Positions 1 to 12,649 of a DNA stretch of 64,000 nucleotides are shown piece by piece (position 1 is the stretch's first letter; each line of letters begins with the position of its first letter). The notes beneath the pieces are model-generated. The model was not told the origin of the DNA. It worked only from the letters and a program-made list of their open reading frames with translations, and did no database searches. The translations under genes and the position numbers were made by a program. The DNA comes from Octopus sinensis (lineage: Eukaryota): positions 44,888,001 to 44,952,000 of the forward strand of contig NC_043000.1 in the NCBI RefSeq assembly GCF_006345805.1, read 5' to 3'.

Positions 1-199
1 TATAACTTTACTAAACAGAAGTAACTTTTCAAATGAGTTTTAGACAAGCCGGTAAAGTTTATCTCTACTAGGCAATGCCTTACATAAAGCAGAATTACTG
101 ACTATAAAATTTCTACAAGTAATCCATAGTCAGTGAGCCGATACTTCTGGAGCAGTCTTATCAGTTAAGCTTAAGATTTCTCTGAGAAACTATTCGTTT

Positions 200-560
200 T
201 CCACGCAGTTTTCTTTCTTTCTTTTCCACGCAGTTTTCTTTATAGAAAGAATGCTTATGTTGAAATTCGATACTACGTTTTGTTCTTTTGATCATCTAGA
301 ACTGTACATCGGTCAAAGCGACTGATTGTTGAAGAATTCCTGACAGAGCCGGAATGCATATTCCCATCGTCCAACTCATTCTCCAAGTGGCGATGATTGA
401 CCTATTGAAAATTTAGGTTTAATACAAATTGATCAAATCCCCTACAAAGCTAGGCTTGTTACATGCTTTCTTTTCGATGACTTAAATATAGTGGGGTTTG
501 TCTGTATAAACCTGCTCCTTGCTGTGCAGGTTTAGCGCCCTACATAAAATCTTAACAATC
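200..560 (-). mobile_element. Possible highly decayed PLE GIY-YIG-region relic
   Basis: Interrupted minus-strand peptides (KKACNKPSFVGD..., FDRCTVLDDQKNKT) loosely resemble PLE endonuclease C-termini; many stops. Confidence 0.25.
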
Positions 561-1298
561 TCTCTTCAATAGAGTGATGAACTAAATATTATCGGTAACA
601 AACCGCTGGTTAAAGGTTCTCCTCACCGGTAGTGCTCCTTCCTGGCTTACTGGCTTAGAGAATCTATTATTCCACTTGTTGTTACAGTACATACCTGCAA
701 AGTCCTCGTTGGCAACAGCAAACTTAACGTAAGGCCAACGAAGTGAAACAACTCAACCAGATAAGGCGCAGCCTTTTATGATTATTATCAACCGCAACTG
801 ATTTCGGTTTCTGCCTACACTCTTTAACCGAGAGCAGCATCAGATTGTCCATATAAGCACTAAGGCACTCAACTCCATCACCACCACGGCAACGCTAATG
901 AGATAGTACGTCGCATACATCAGTAAAATAATGAAAGGATATATAATTATGTATGTACATATATTTATCCCAAGTATATATGTGTGTCTGTGTATTTGCA
1001 TTCACACACACACACACATACACACGTATCTATGTTCTCTTCTGTTGTTAATTATCTAAATTCTTCCCTTGAAGGAGCTGGCGTCTAAGAAAGATACAAA
1101 ACTCCATCGTTGGAATGTATATAAAACAAAGTATTGTCACATTTTAAATCTGAGATAAGTGCTGCATATTTGCTACACTTTGTTTTGCTATGCACGAACT
1201 TATTGGTTGATTTCTTTTTCTGAAAACCCTAGCTTATCCACATTGTCACTTACGGATTTACTCTCAGAACCACACACGCACACACACAGATATATATA

Positions 1299-1377
<79 letters not shown>

Positions 1378-1449
1378 AGGTGGGGAACCTATACGCCAAG
1401 GAAACCGGGAAATCGACCCTATGAGACAGACATGGCTTGAGAAGGAACA

Positions 1450-1490
<41 letters not shown>

Positions 1491-1643
1491 ACTATAAGAG
1501 AGAACCCACTATGTGGACGCTCTTACGCTAGATAGAGATCCGCAAAGGGACTCAACCACTAAGAATTGTTCTCAAGAAATAATTCAATACACCAAGAACG
1601 TAAGCTAGCAGGGAAAATGAAAAATAACGAAAATATAGATTAA

Positions 1644-1717
1644 CCCCATACAATTGTTTCACCGTTAATAAATTATGTAATTTTACTTACATGAATATCC
1701 TCGGATCCTCAGTGGAA
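1644..1717 (-). ncRNA. Type I hammerhead ribozyme motif (PLE terminus)
   Basis: Minus strand reads ttcca-CTGAGGA-tccg...cggt-GAAA-CAATTG-TA-tgggg. Stem I ttcca/tgggg, stem II ccg/cgg with a T.T first position, palindromic stem III, GUA cleavage triplet. Confidence 0.7.
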
Positions 1718-2099
1718 GTACGTCTTAAAATATAATTTGTTGAACTGTACGCCACATATTAACACGAGGTCAGAGAGACGAACAGTTCGGCCGATTATAT
1801 TCACAGTTACATTTAAATGCCCTCGTTCTGGCGCGCTAAATTTCCGGATATAAATACTGCATAAGTATTTTACTACAGTAGTTTACGCCGGTTTGAGAAC
1901 ATATTAATGTATAATTAATATTTAAATATATTATATATATGATTTTAAAAATATATATATATATATTAATTTATATATAGAGGGCATTATTATACATACA
2001 TGCCACACGCTAAGAGGGACAAAATTAGTCATTTCTACCAAACATTTTACTAATCCCACCGAATGCAATTTTTCAAAGTAAGACATTTAAAAATATAGA

Positions 2100-2142
2100 C
2101 TTGTATCACCTGTGATTTCATATCTCTGTATTCATCAGCAAG
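2100..2142 (-). ncRNA. Compact type I hammerhead ribozyme, intact core
   Basis: Minus strand reads cttg-CTGATGA-ata(cagaga)tat-GAAA-tca(cagg)tga-TA-caag. All three stems pair; AUA cleavage triplet. Confidence 0.75.
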
Positions 2143-2165
2143 CCTGGACGTATCATAAATAAACG

Positions 2166-2218
<53 letters not shown>

Positions 2219-2476
2219 CTGATGATGCACAGATGGCAACTTATTTTATTTGCACATTGATGTTGAAACTCGAGTGTAAGTGTAACTATTGAAATGTTTT
2301 TATTTTTCATTCCCTTTGAAATTATTCTTCTCCGTGGTTTGGGCCTTAACTGCCCTTTCCAGCATGTAAGATGTCATGTTAAGTTCACCTCTTTTGTATG
2401 TAAACCGTACACTTATTATTAATTAATATATTGATAAATTGCGTATATTGAGTGTAATATCTCAACTTCGTAAATT

Positions 2477-4943
2477 ATGAAATTTACAGGTAAGATAGAG
2501 CCGCTATTTTGGAATTCTAGAAAGGAATTTATTTTGAAACTTATTAATAATTTTAAGGATTTTGTTTCTAGAATTAAATGGAACGCTTACTATTATAACT
2601 ATAATATATCTAATCTTAATGATAGTATGAATGATAATTTTACCTCTAAATTTAAATCCAAAAAGGAACTCCCATTTAATAGAGAATTACAAATACTAGA
2701 AGATAATATTTGGAAGGTGGTGAAAAACATTAAATTTCATAAATACCCAAACAGAAATAATGAATATTTAAGAAATTTAGCAATTAGAATTAAAGATATG
2801 AGAAATATGGATGGTAATATTGAACAATCTGATAAAACTAGGAATCTATATAAATTGGATGTTAAATTATATGGTAACCTTTTAGAGAAAGAAATAATTA
2901 AAAAATATAAAATTGTTCCAGATAGTAAACTTTATAATATTAATAAGGCCTCTAAATTAGTAATGATAAACTATGAATTGGATAATAAAACTGAACCTTA
3001 TGTACCTATGCACCCTAGAATTACTCTGAAAGACCATAAAGATAATTTTTTTCAGACCCTAAAGTTAGATTAATTTGTCCATGTAAATCTGACCTTGGTA
3101 AATTAAGTAAACTTATTTTAGATAAATATATTAATAAATTAAATAAACTTAATTATTTAAAATTATGGTTTAGTAATGGTTTAATAATATTTGGTTTAAT
3201 GATATTAAAGATAAAAATCGTTATAAATTTATTCAAATAGATATAGATAATTACTATTCTTCTATTAATGAAATTGTGTTTAATAAGGCCCTTATTTTTG
3301 CAATGAATAAAATGGGAATGACATTTGAAGAAGTTAATGTAATTAAAATGGCTAGGAAATCGCTCATTAAATATAAAAATAAATTATGGGCCAGGAAAGA
3401 TACTAGGGATTTTTTTGATATACCTATGGGAGCATCTGATTCTGCACAAGCTACGGATTTAGTAGGTATTTATCTTTTATCTGAACTTCAATTAGAAAAT
3501 TTAAAGATAGAGGGTGGTTTATATAGGGATGACCTTATACTAATTACTAAGAATTGCACTAATAGGAACCTAGAAGTATATAAGAAAAAACTTTATAGTT
3601 TCTTTAAAAGATATGGTTTAAGTATCACTATATATAATGAGAATTTTAATGTTAATTATTTAGATGTTAATTTTAATCTAATTACAGGTAAAACACAACC
3701 ATATCATAAACTTAATGAGAACCTTAGATATATAAATGTTAATAGTAATCACCCACCATCAATTAAAAAATCGTTGATTAATAATATAAGTAAACGTATA
3801 TCATTACTGTCTTATGATATAGAGATTTTTAATAAACATGCTCTTTATTATAATGAGGCCCTTAGAGAGGCAGGTTATAATAGTAATATTAAATTTTTTA
3901 TTAAAAATAAAGATAAAGATATAACTAATAATATTAGAGATAAAAATATTAATATTAATTGTAATAATTTTGGTAGTAATAGTTGTAAAAATATTTGAAA
4001 TTATAAATATAAAAATAAAAATAATATAAATAAAAATAAGAATAAAAATAAAAATAAAAATAAAAATAATAATAATAATAAAAATAAAAATAAAATTAAT
4101 AACTTTAATAATTCTTTAAATGTTGATTATAAATATAAATCTGATAATAATAATAATATTAATAGGATAAAGAAATATAATTACAACAATAATAATGACA
4201 GTTTTAATAATAAGAAGAAGTAAAATAAGAATAAAATTTGGTTAATAGTTCCTTATGGTGCTCAAGTTAAATCGAACATTATTAAAGAGATTTTAGATAT
4301 TATTGAACTATTTATTCGAGATAATCGTAAATATAAAAACATTTTCGCTAGTAATAATTTTGGAGTAGGTTATTCCATCACTAATAGTGTAGGTAACATT
4401 ATTTCGTCTTTTAACAAATTTAAACTGAATAATTTTTATAAAAATAAGTTATTTAATAATACCAATAATAAAGACAAGACACTAATTAACAGTACATGTA
4501 GAGATAAATCTAAATGTAAATTAAATAATAAATGTGATACTAATGATGTAGTGTATAAATGTATAGTTACATTACATGATAAGAATATTAAGAATAATAA
4601 TAACTCAAGCGCGATATATATAGGGTCCACTTCCTCTAAAATAAAATTAAGAATCGCACAACATTTGAATTCATTTAAAAATAAAAACTTAATTAACTCC
4701 ACTGGACTTAGTAAGTACATTTGGAGACTTAAATCCCAAAATATTAATTATAATTTATCTTGGGAAATAATTAGTAAAACTAACTCATATATTATAGGAG
4801 CGAAGTTTTGTTATTTGTGCTCTAATGAGTTTAAGGAAATTTTACTTTATAAGCATGATAATTTACTGAATACCTGTGATGAGCGCAAAATAAAATGCAG
4901 ACACAAGTTACTTTACTTATATAATAAGTTTCTTGATAAATAA
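2477..4943 (+). pseudogene. Near full-length Penelope-like element ORF (RT + C-terminal GIY-YIG endonuclease), probably Hydra-type clade
   Basis: Reconstructable ~820 aa. Motifs: SDKTRNLY, FIQIDIDNYYSSI, FFDIPMGASD, GGLYRDD, YLDV, SNHPPSI; Cys linker CRDKSKCKLNNKC; VVYKC...IYIGST...R...H; CYLC...CRH. Two frameshifts (~3055, ~3185) and two in-frame stops (3996-3998 TGA, 4221-4223 TAA). The clade name is recalled, not tested. Confidence 0.9.
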
Positions 4944-5032
4944 TAATTATTTATTAGCCTTAATTAGCTCCCTATTTATCGTTTTATGTAAGAGTATTAT
5001 AAATATACCAGATGATTTGTAGTACATACTAT

Positions 5033-5544
5033 AATAGTTTATTTTAGTTATGTAGGTTCTGTTTTTAATTATAGTTAGATTATAGATGGTTTTTCATTTT
5101 ATTACTAAATATTTTATTACTAAATAATAAATATTTAATGTTTTATTGAATATTGAGGCTGGTAAGTTACAATTTTATTTATTTTATAAATTTTGTTAAA
5201 TCTTGTTATATTTCTATTATAACTTCGTTAAATTATAATTTTGTTATATTAATCTATTTATATGTAATCTCTTTATATATGAAATAGTTTTATTTTAGTT
5301 ATGTAGGTTCTGTTTTTAATTATAGTTAGATTATAGATGGTTTTTCATTTTATTACTAAATATTTTATACTAAATAATAAATATTTAATGTTTTATTGAA
5401 TATTGAGGCTGGTAAGTTACAATTTTATTTATTTTATAAATTTTGTTAAATCTTGTTATATTTCTATTATAACTTCGTTAAATTATAATTTTGTTATATT
5501 AATCTATTTATATGTAATCTCTTTATATATGAAATAGTTTTATT
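5033..5544 (+). repeat. ~250-bp tandem duplication in PLE 3' region
   Basis: Unit aatagtttt...ctctttatatatga repeats at 5033 and 5283, with a partial third start at 5533. Confidence 0.9.
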
Positions 5545-5721
5545 TAGTTGTTTACTTAATCCATTTTATTTAATATAGAAGTATAGATTAGTAGATTAAT
5601 TTTTTAGATTTAACTTAATATTTACCTCTATTATGTATTGTAGTATGAATATAGACATTTATATATCTATTTATTTATAATATATGTGGATGTGTGTGTT
5701 TGTATATATGTGTATTTGATG

Positions 5722-5760
<39 letters not shown>

Positions 5761-5761
<1 letters not shown>

Positions 5762-6447
5762 TAACCAATAAAGGGTTTAGCAACGAATTGCCTTACCATA
5801 TACCGAATTTAGAAATAGCAGTCAAAGAGTTATAGCTATTTCTTCTACTAAAAAGGGAGATCTCAGTAAAAACAGCAATTGGAAGGCAGACACAAACAGG
5901 TAAGAGAGAATGAATTGACGGCAATCTATCATACAATTTTAAGTTATCTACGGACGCACGTTTCGAAATCAAGTTTTTAGGAAAGCATAAGAATTAAATA
6001 TTAAATAATTCTACCTTACCAAAACTTCTTTTCTGTTCAGCGTAGAATACTATAATCATAAATGATTATATATTGAATTTTGAGATACTAGAAGGCACCA
6101 ACTCAACTCAGTATCAGAGCGAGCTAGAATCCGCAACTAGTATCACCAAATTCAATGTGTGAATGAAAAGATTGTGTCACCAGCCCCTTCCCACCCGCGT
6201 GTAGCCAAAACAAGATGCTGTGGTCATCTACTGAGATAAAATATGGTTATCCGTAATAATGAAGGGTGAAATTAATTAATTTGGAATAATTATCAATTAC
6301 ACCAAGTAGTCTTCGGCATGTAAAAGCCTCATTCGAGGAAAATTTAAGTAATACTAAGCAATAAAGGGTTTAGCAACGAATTGCCTTACCACATACCGAA
6401 TTTAGAAATAGCAGTCAAAGAGTTATAGCTATTTCTTCTACTAAAAA

Positions 6448-6448
<1 letters not shown>
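5761..6448 (-). mobile_element. Short non-coding PLE-derived element with ~90-bp direct terminal repeats and an HHR motif
   Basis: 5766-5855 and 6359-6448 are direct repeats with 1 mismatch. The element contains the HHR at 5948-6045 and sits between TA microsatellites. Confidence 0.7.
5948..6045 (-). ncRNA. Type I hammerhead motif, G8->C variant (probably inactive)
   Basis: ctacg-CTGAACA-gaaa...tttc-GAAA-CGTGCG-TC-cgtag. Perfect 5-bp stem I and 4-bp stem II; core G8 substituted. Confidence 0.65.
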
Positions 6449-6497
<49 letters not shown>

Positions 6498-7823
6498 CAT
6501 TTATTTATTTGTATGTGTGTGGGTGTGTATATATTGGTGTAAGTGTATATATTGAGTATTGTTTGTATGTACATGTATGTATGAGTGTGCATATGTGTAT
6601 GGGTGTAAGTGTGTGTATATATGTGTGTATATCTGTATATATATATATGTATATGTATGGATATTTTCTTATATATTTATGTATACGTATCTATAGTTAT
6701 ACTACAAATTTTGATTAGTATATATATAGATTTGTTATGATCACTAATTTTAGCTTATAATTGTAAGGGTGTGGGAAAGAATTTATATGTAGTGGGGTTA
6801 CTATATAAATTAATTTTTATGTATTTATTAATCTTATTAGATTTTTAGAATATATTTAATAATAAGTGGTTTTTAATCATTTAATTTATTTTGTATTAAG
6901 TTTCATTTATCGTAGTTATTTTATTAATAAATATTATAGTATAGAGAGATTTTATTCTTTATTTGTGAATTCATTCTTTTTACAATGATAAACATATAAC
7001 TTTCCATTCATAATCTTTAATAAACGTAGGTTCCATGAGTATTCTTATAAACGCTGTATAAGACGTTTTTTGATTCAAAATTTTAGTTCATTCTTTAAAC
7101 CTCGCCAAGAAAAGTATGTATCTTTTTAAGATCTTCAAATTGTAAATTTTAATATTGTATAAGCCTTTGGAGTAATAATATTCTCCTTATGTAAATATTG
7201 TTGTTTATGCAATGATCTAATTATCGTAATTTTCTATGTTATTAGATATTAAACAAATTAGATAAACTTTGATAAAATTGGATATGTTTCGACTAAAGAT
7301 TGGTCTAGGCCATGTCTAATTTAATAGCATAATTATATTAGATAATTATTCCCATTCATAATTATATTTATAGTACTTATAGTATTTATTTAATACTATA
7401 TTACTAAGAATTGAATATTTCTATAAGTATTTTACATAAGATTTTGAAAGTCAGTTTAAGTTAGTTTATTTGTATTTTGAAATTAGCTATTTCATCTTTA
7501 AATATGAAAAATTAAATTTATTAGGTTTTCATTATATACAATTATTTATAGAGATTATTTTAAATCTTGATTATAATATTTATATATATTTTCATTGATA
7601 ATTTATATATATTAGTCATTTTAAATATTTATGTAATTAGATATAGACTAATATTGATATTAGATTATGGGTTTTCTACCTTATAAATTAAAGTTAATAT
7701 TTAACATTATAGTCGATTTCGATATAATCATATTTAATAATAGAGTTCATTATAAGTAAAATTATTATATTATATATATTATTTATATCTTAAAAATATT
7801 GATTATATTTTAGATATTTAAAC

Positions 7824-7887
7824 CACCTGATGAATGACTGCGACTCAAAAATTTGAAGATGTTAGCAGGCATGAAACGATCGTAGTG
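7824..7887 (+). ncRNA. Type I hammerhead ribozyme, intact core, palindromic stem III
   Basis: cac-CTGATGA-atgactgc...gcaggcat-GAAA-CGATCG-TA-gtg. Stem II 7/8 paired; predicted cleavage after 7884. Confidence 0.8.
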
Positions 7888-9255
7888 TGATATTAATTAT
7901 ATTTTTTTAATAATTTTGTTATATATTTAAATAATATAAATTAATCATATGTATTGGCTTAAGTTTTACATTGTTTGATTTGCCTAATAGTGGTTTTGTC
8001 TCTAAATTAATATAATATATATATATATATAAATGGATTTATTATCTAGATACAGAAGTTAGAGGTTTCAAGAAGTTGTCAACAGGTATCGTCTTTCCCT
8101 TTGTTTTCCTAAGTATTATTCCATTGAGAAGGGCAACTGACATCTTCGACGGTACATATTTTTCTTGTCTGTTCTCAGCGGCATTATCCAGCCCATTGTG
8201 TTTACACTTGACAGATGTCTTCATGGTGAAATGTTTCACGGCTAAATGTTCTACCAACTTTCCCTTGTGTTGATGTTTGTGTATCTATTTCAGAAAGTTA
8301 TTCTGTCTATTCTATATTTATTCCAGGGCAGTGTTGTCGTCAGAATGGCATTGTATATTGTTTTTACGACAACATCGTGTCGCATAGTGAGGTAGCAACT
8401 TGACATCTTTGGAGAGCTGCTAATCACTTGTGTGATGTCTTCCAAAAAAATATATATATATAACATAATCTACGTATTCGGTTGCATCTTGGACCTCCAA
8501 GGATTTTACTGCCTCTTTTGTTCATTAGGTATTTTATAGTAATCTCCATAGCTTTTGAACTGTGATGTGATGTAGCGGTCATTAGTTCAAGAGAGGTTTC
8601 GCTTCATGCCGATATTACTGCCTTCCTGAAATTTTCGGTAAACATACCCGTGCATGGTCGTTTTTGATATGCTGAGATGTATGTATGTAAGTGTGCATAT
8701 GATTGTGCTTTTTTGTGTCTATACACAGATGGAGAGTATGCGGATTCATGTGCGTGTATTCCTTTTATCATTTCTGTGTCATTTTTCACGTCGATGTCTG
8801 GTTATTCGGCGATAACGATCATTACTCAGCGAGAATCTTTGGCCCAGAAATAACGACTTCTATGTATATAATAAAATGGCTTTACCGCTATTCGTAAGTG
8901 AATATGACTTCACAGATGCACTGTTTTTTTTTCCTAAATAGTCATATACACTCTTTCAAACCTCCTCCGTTTCTTGACACAGCGGAACACAGTGGATCTG
9001 ACATTACAGAGACAGATGGCTGTACCAGCGGTACGCAGGTACTTATTTGCAGATCAGCACACAACAGCGACGTCAAATGAAACTTACTTAAATATATATA
9101 ACACAACCTTGTCCACGATTCGAAACTATGACCTCATAACCATTAGACCAACATCGTAACCACCAACCAACACGCGTTTACACTGTAAATATTCACACAC
9201 ACACACACACAGAGACACATATACAAACGCACACATACATAAATACATTCATATA

Positions 9256-9294
<39 letters not shown>

Positions 9295-10727
9295 TTACTC
9301 CTTGAAGTTATTCGTCATATATCGACTATTTAATGTTAGAGGTTTCACTGAACATCCTATCATTTTTTAATATATTATGGAAGTCATGTCATTTAACTCT
9401 CTGTTTTTATAGAACATTTGTTATATAATTTTCATTTCGCCTACTTAATTTCCTTTTCCCCTTGTATGTCTGTTCTGTCTCAAATTCCCAATAATTGAAC
9501 TGAATGGTATATCAGGGTTCTCTATATTGACAATTAGATTAGCATGTTGCATTGTGCTGACAAATATAAATATATAAAACGTAACCTTTCTGTCAATCTT
9601 CGTTGTTTAACCTTAAACAGACACCACTACAATAGAGTAAAACCAGTCTCATTGATAATGAGCTTTATGAAATTATGATGAATTGTATTTTAGGTCAACT
9701 GATCAGGAGGGAAAAAGCTGCTTTTTTACATATATACTTTATCTCGCTGTAATAAAGTTAGTTCAGGCCTTAGTGAGGTGACGCTGCAGAAGTATATAAA
9801 TATTAAGCAATATCGTATTTCAGCTTTCACTTGGGGTATATTTATTGTAGAACGTTTCAAACAGAACAAATCTGTATTAATCATTTGTGTACATATCTTC
9901 AAAATTAATGCATTAACAACAAGACGTTTTTAATAAAAAGGATATTAGATATTCAAACAGCAGAAGATAATTTACTGTATATAAATAAGGGAGTGGAATA
10001 AAATTGTTACCTCTAGTGTAATTTATAACGACGTCTGCCATCAATCAGTGAAATTCATGTTTAAAAGACGGTTTGTCTTTTCGCGGGGCCCAAGTAACTA
10101 CAATCATTAAGAAATTATGTTGAAATTTCGATTATGCAAAATGGCCTCAATAAATCTAAATGAAAAGTTTTTGTTTACAATCTAAAGCATTCATTCCAAG
10201 TTTCTATTTAATCTCTCGAGCCTTTATAGGAGAGTATATGACTTAACTGCACTTTTGATTTACAGAGAATATTATTTATTGCAAGCTTAAAGTCACGTCG
10301 TTTTATGTAGAGAATAAATAATACTCTATTTCATTGGAATGTGTGTGTGTGTGTGTATACAAGAAAGGATTAAGTGAAGGAATGTAAAACAATATTTAAA
10401 TAACGAAAAGCATTTAATAGATCACAATAAATATTATTTTTAACTGCTTTTATTTCTATATGCATCACTATATACAAAAAACAGAGAGATTATTGTGGCA
10501 ATCAAAGCAATGTCTGTGTATACAGTAATTTTAAACAATTTAACATTTCCATAATTAGAATCCCTGTGAGATCCTTTCCGTATAGTTTACTGGATATGAC
10601 CAACAAAAATCTTTAAGCTTGATTGATCCCCTGCTCTATTCAGAGTATCATATAAATGACCATGTGTGAACACGATAGCAAGGTGAGAGATAGATGTAAA
10701 CATAAGGGTAGATAGCCAGACAGACAC

Positions 10728-10844
<117 letters not shown>

Positions 10845-12606
10845 GAGTTAGAAAGAGAGGAGAGGGAGAGAGAGAGACTTGGCATTTTTTAATAGTAAAT
10901 AAAGTAATATTTTAACAAATGTTTATTCGCAATTTTTCTTAAGAGAAATTAAAAGAACGGAGATTCTCTATTTCGTTTCCGTTTAGTAATAAACTTATTA
11001 TAAAAGAAGAAACATTTTGTTTCCGAAAGAGGCAGCGTAATGTCGTTAAAGGTCATGTTGAGAAATATATAGGTACTTGCAGCTGAGTACATACATTTAG
11101 ACAAATATAGCGAAGATAACGAGATAGAAGGTAAGTTGCGAATACCATTGGAAATTTTGTTACCGACAGAGAGATTTAACAAAACTTATAACGATTTGTC
11201 TCGACGAAGAAAAATGTTTTAAAAGCAATGGCATGAGGATTCTGGAGCTTTTTAATTGCATCTATTTGTTTGAATATGATGCTGCACATAATAATTATGG
11301 ACGAAATCATGACTATGCTGTTAAGAAATCTACTTCACTACTACGAGATTGCAGTTTTATCCCAAGGTATGGCAATTTGTTGAATGTATTCTGTTGCTGC
11401 CATGACTTGATCGAAACATTTTGAATGAAATCCTGTAGAGAGTAAATGTGTTCAATTTCATCTGTAGGACATTTTCTGTTCTTGGGTGGTAGACTGAATC
11501 CATCTCCTTTTTAACACCGCCATCTGTCCTTTACTTGGTTGTAACTTTACTTGGTTGTAAGCTTTCGGAACAAATTTCTGGTTTGAGAATAACTTCTTTC
11601 TTTTGATTGCACTAATCGAGGAAGCTCTGAAAGGCCATGAGCCCTGCAATATAAAAGAAAATTAAAGCATAATGTTATAAACAGGTAGAAATTATGAGTG
11701 CTGTAATTACGCTTAGGTGAATTTTGATATTTTGCATTTTTGTTTTATTGAGCTTTGGATCTGATATTGTAGTTTATATGCTCTATAATTATAATATGAT
11801 TGGATAATCTCTAATGGATTGAGCATATTGTCGGTACACTAATGTTGTTGTTGATTTTTGTTTTGGTTAAATATAATACCCGTCATTGATATAATTACGC
11901 TTGGAAATTGCTTTGCTTTCTGTACCAAATCTTCAACGTGTCCTTTAAATACTAGCGGAATACTGCGAGTAACTCCTAGCATTTTAGTGTTCTGTGTATG
12001 TATGCTGTACGTTTATGTCATTGAGTGTGATGTTTGGCTGTATTTGAAGGTTCCTGATGTTGCTAGTATGAAAGAATATATATTTCACAAGTGTTAGTGT
12101 ATGTTTGTTGCTATATGGCCGGGTTTATTGATAGACGATGTAGTGTTGGAAGAGCCGTAAAACTGTGTGTGTCTAAAGAATGATGGGAAGATGTAACGGC
12201 AATGTCATCTATCTATAGATATCATTCTATACACATTTGCACAAATTCGAAAGTAAAAATATATAAAATAAAATAAAATAAAAGCTCATGTCAATCTTTA
12301 TTTATCGAAGAGTTATTTCAAGTATCTTGGGTAACATTGCGGTTTCTTACTTTATAATATCTAACATAAATTCCATGTGCGATTAATGAAGCGTTTTTTA
12401 AAGTTTTAAGCTGTTGTATTGTGAATATCACTATTTTATTACTTTGCGTCGTGGCATATATTCGAAATTCTGAAAGTGAATTTTATACATGAGTTAGCAG
12501 CGAACTAACGTTTGTTTTTTAGTTTTATTGTGTGGCTATTACTGTCATTGCATCTTAATTCACTTTCATAATCATACGGTTCAGCATACTGTAAATTATT
12601 TACACA

Positions 12607-12649
<43 letters not shown>

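Noticed and set aside
2218-2285. Hammerhead upstream of the PLE ORF (CTGATGA...GAAACTCGAGTGTA)
   Set aside because: Core and a palindrome are present, but stems I and II do not pair and the 5' side runs into (TA)n. At best a dead relic.
3996-3998. Selenocysteine TGA in the PLE ORF
   Set aside because: The element has other inactivating lesions, the codon is in a low-complexity linker, and no SECIS was identified.
6900-7320. Antisense ORF in the PLE downstream region
   Set aside because: A few PLE-N-terminus-like peptides (ILFLARFKE, NIITPK) occur in different frames with many stops. This cannot be distinguished from AT-rich noise by eye.
10950-11660. Minus-strand exon or pseudogene after a strong acceptor at ~11645, and an overlapping 48-nt plus-strand exon candidate (11083-11130)
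   Set aside because: All minus frames stop early and no family is recognised. The plus candidate has a good donor but a poor pyrimidine tract.
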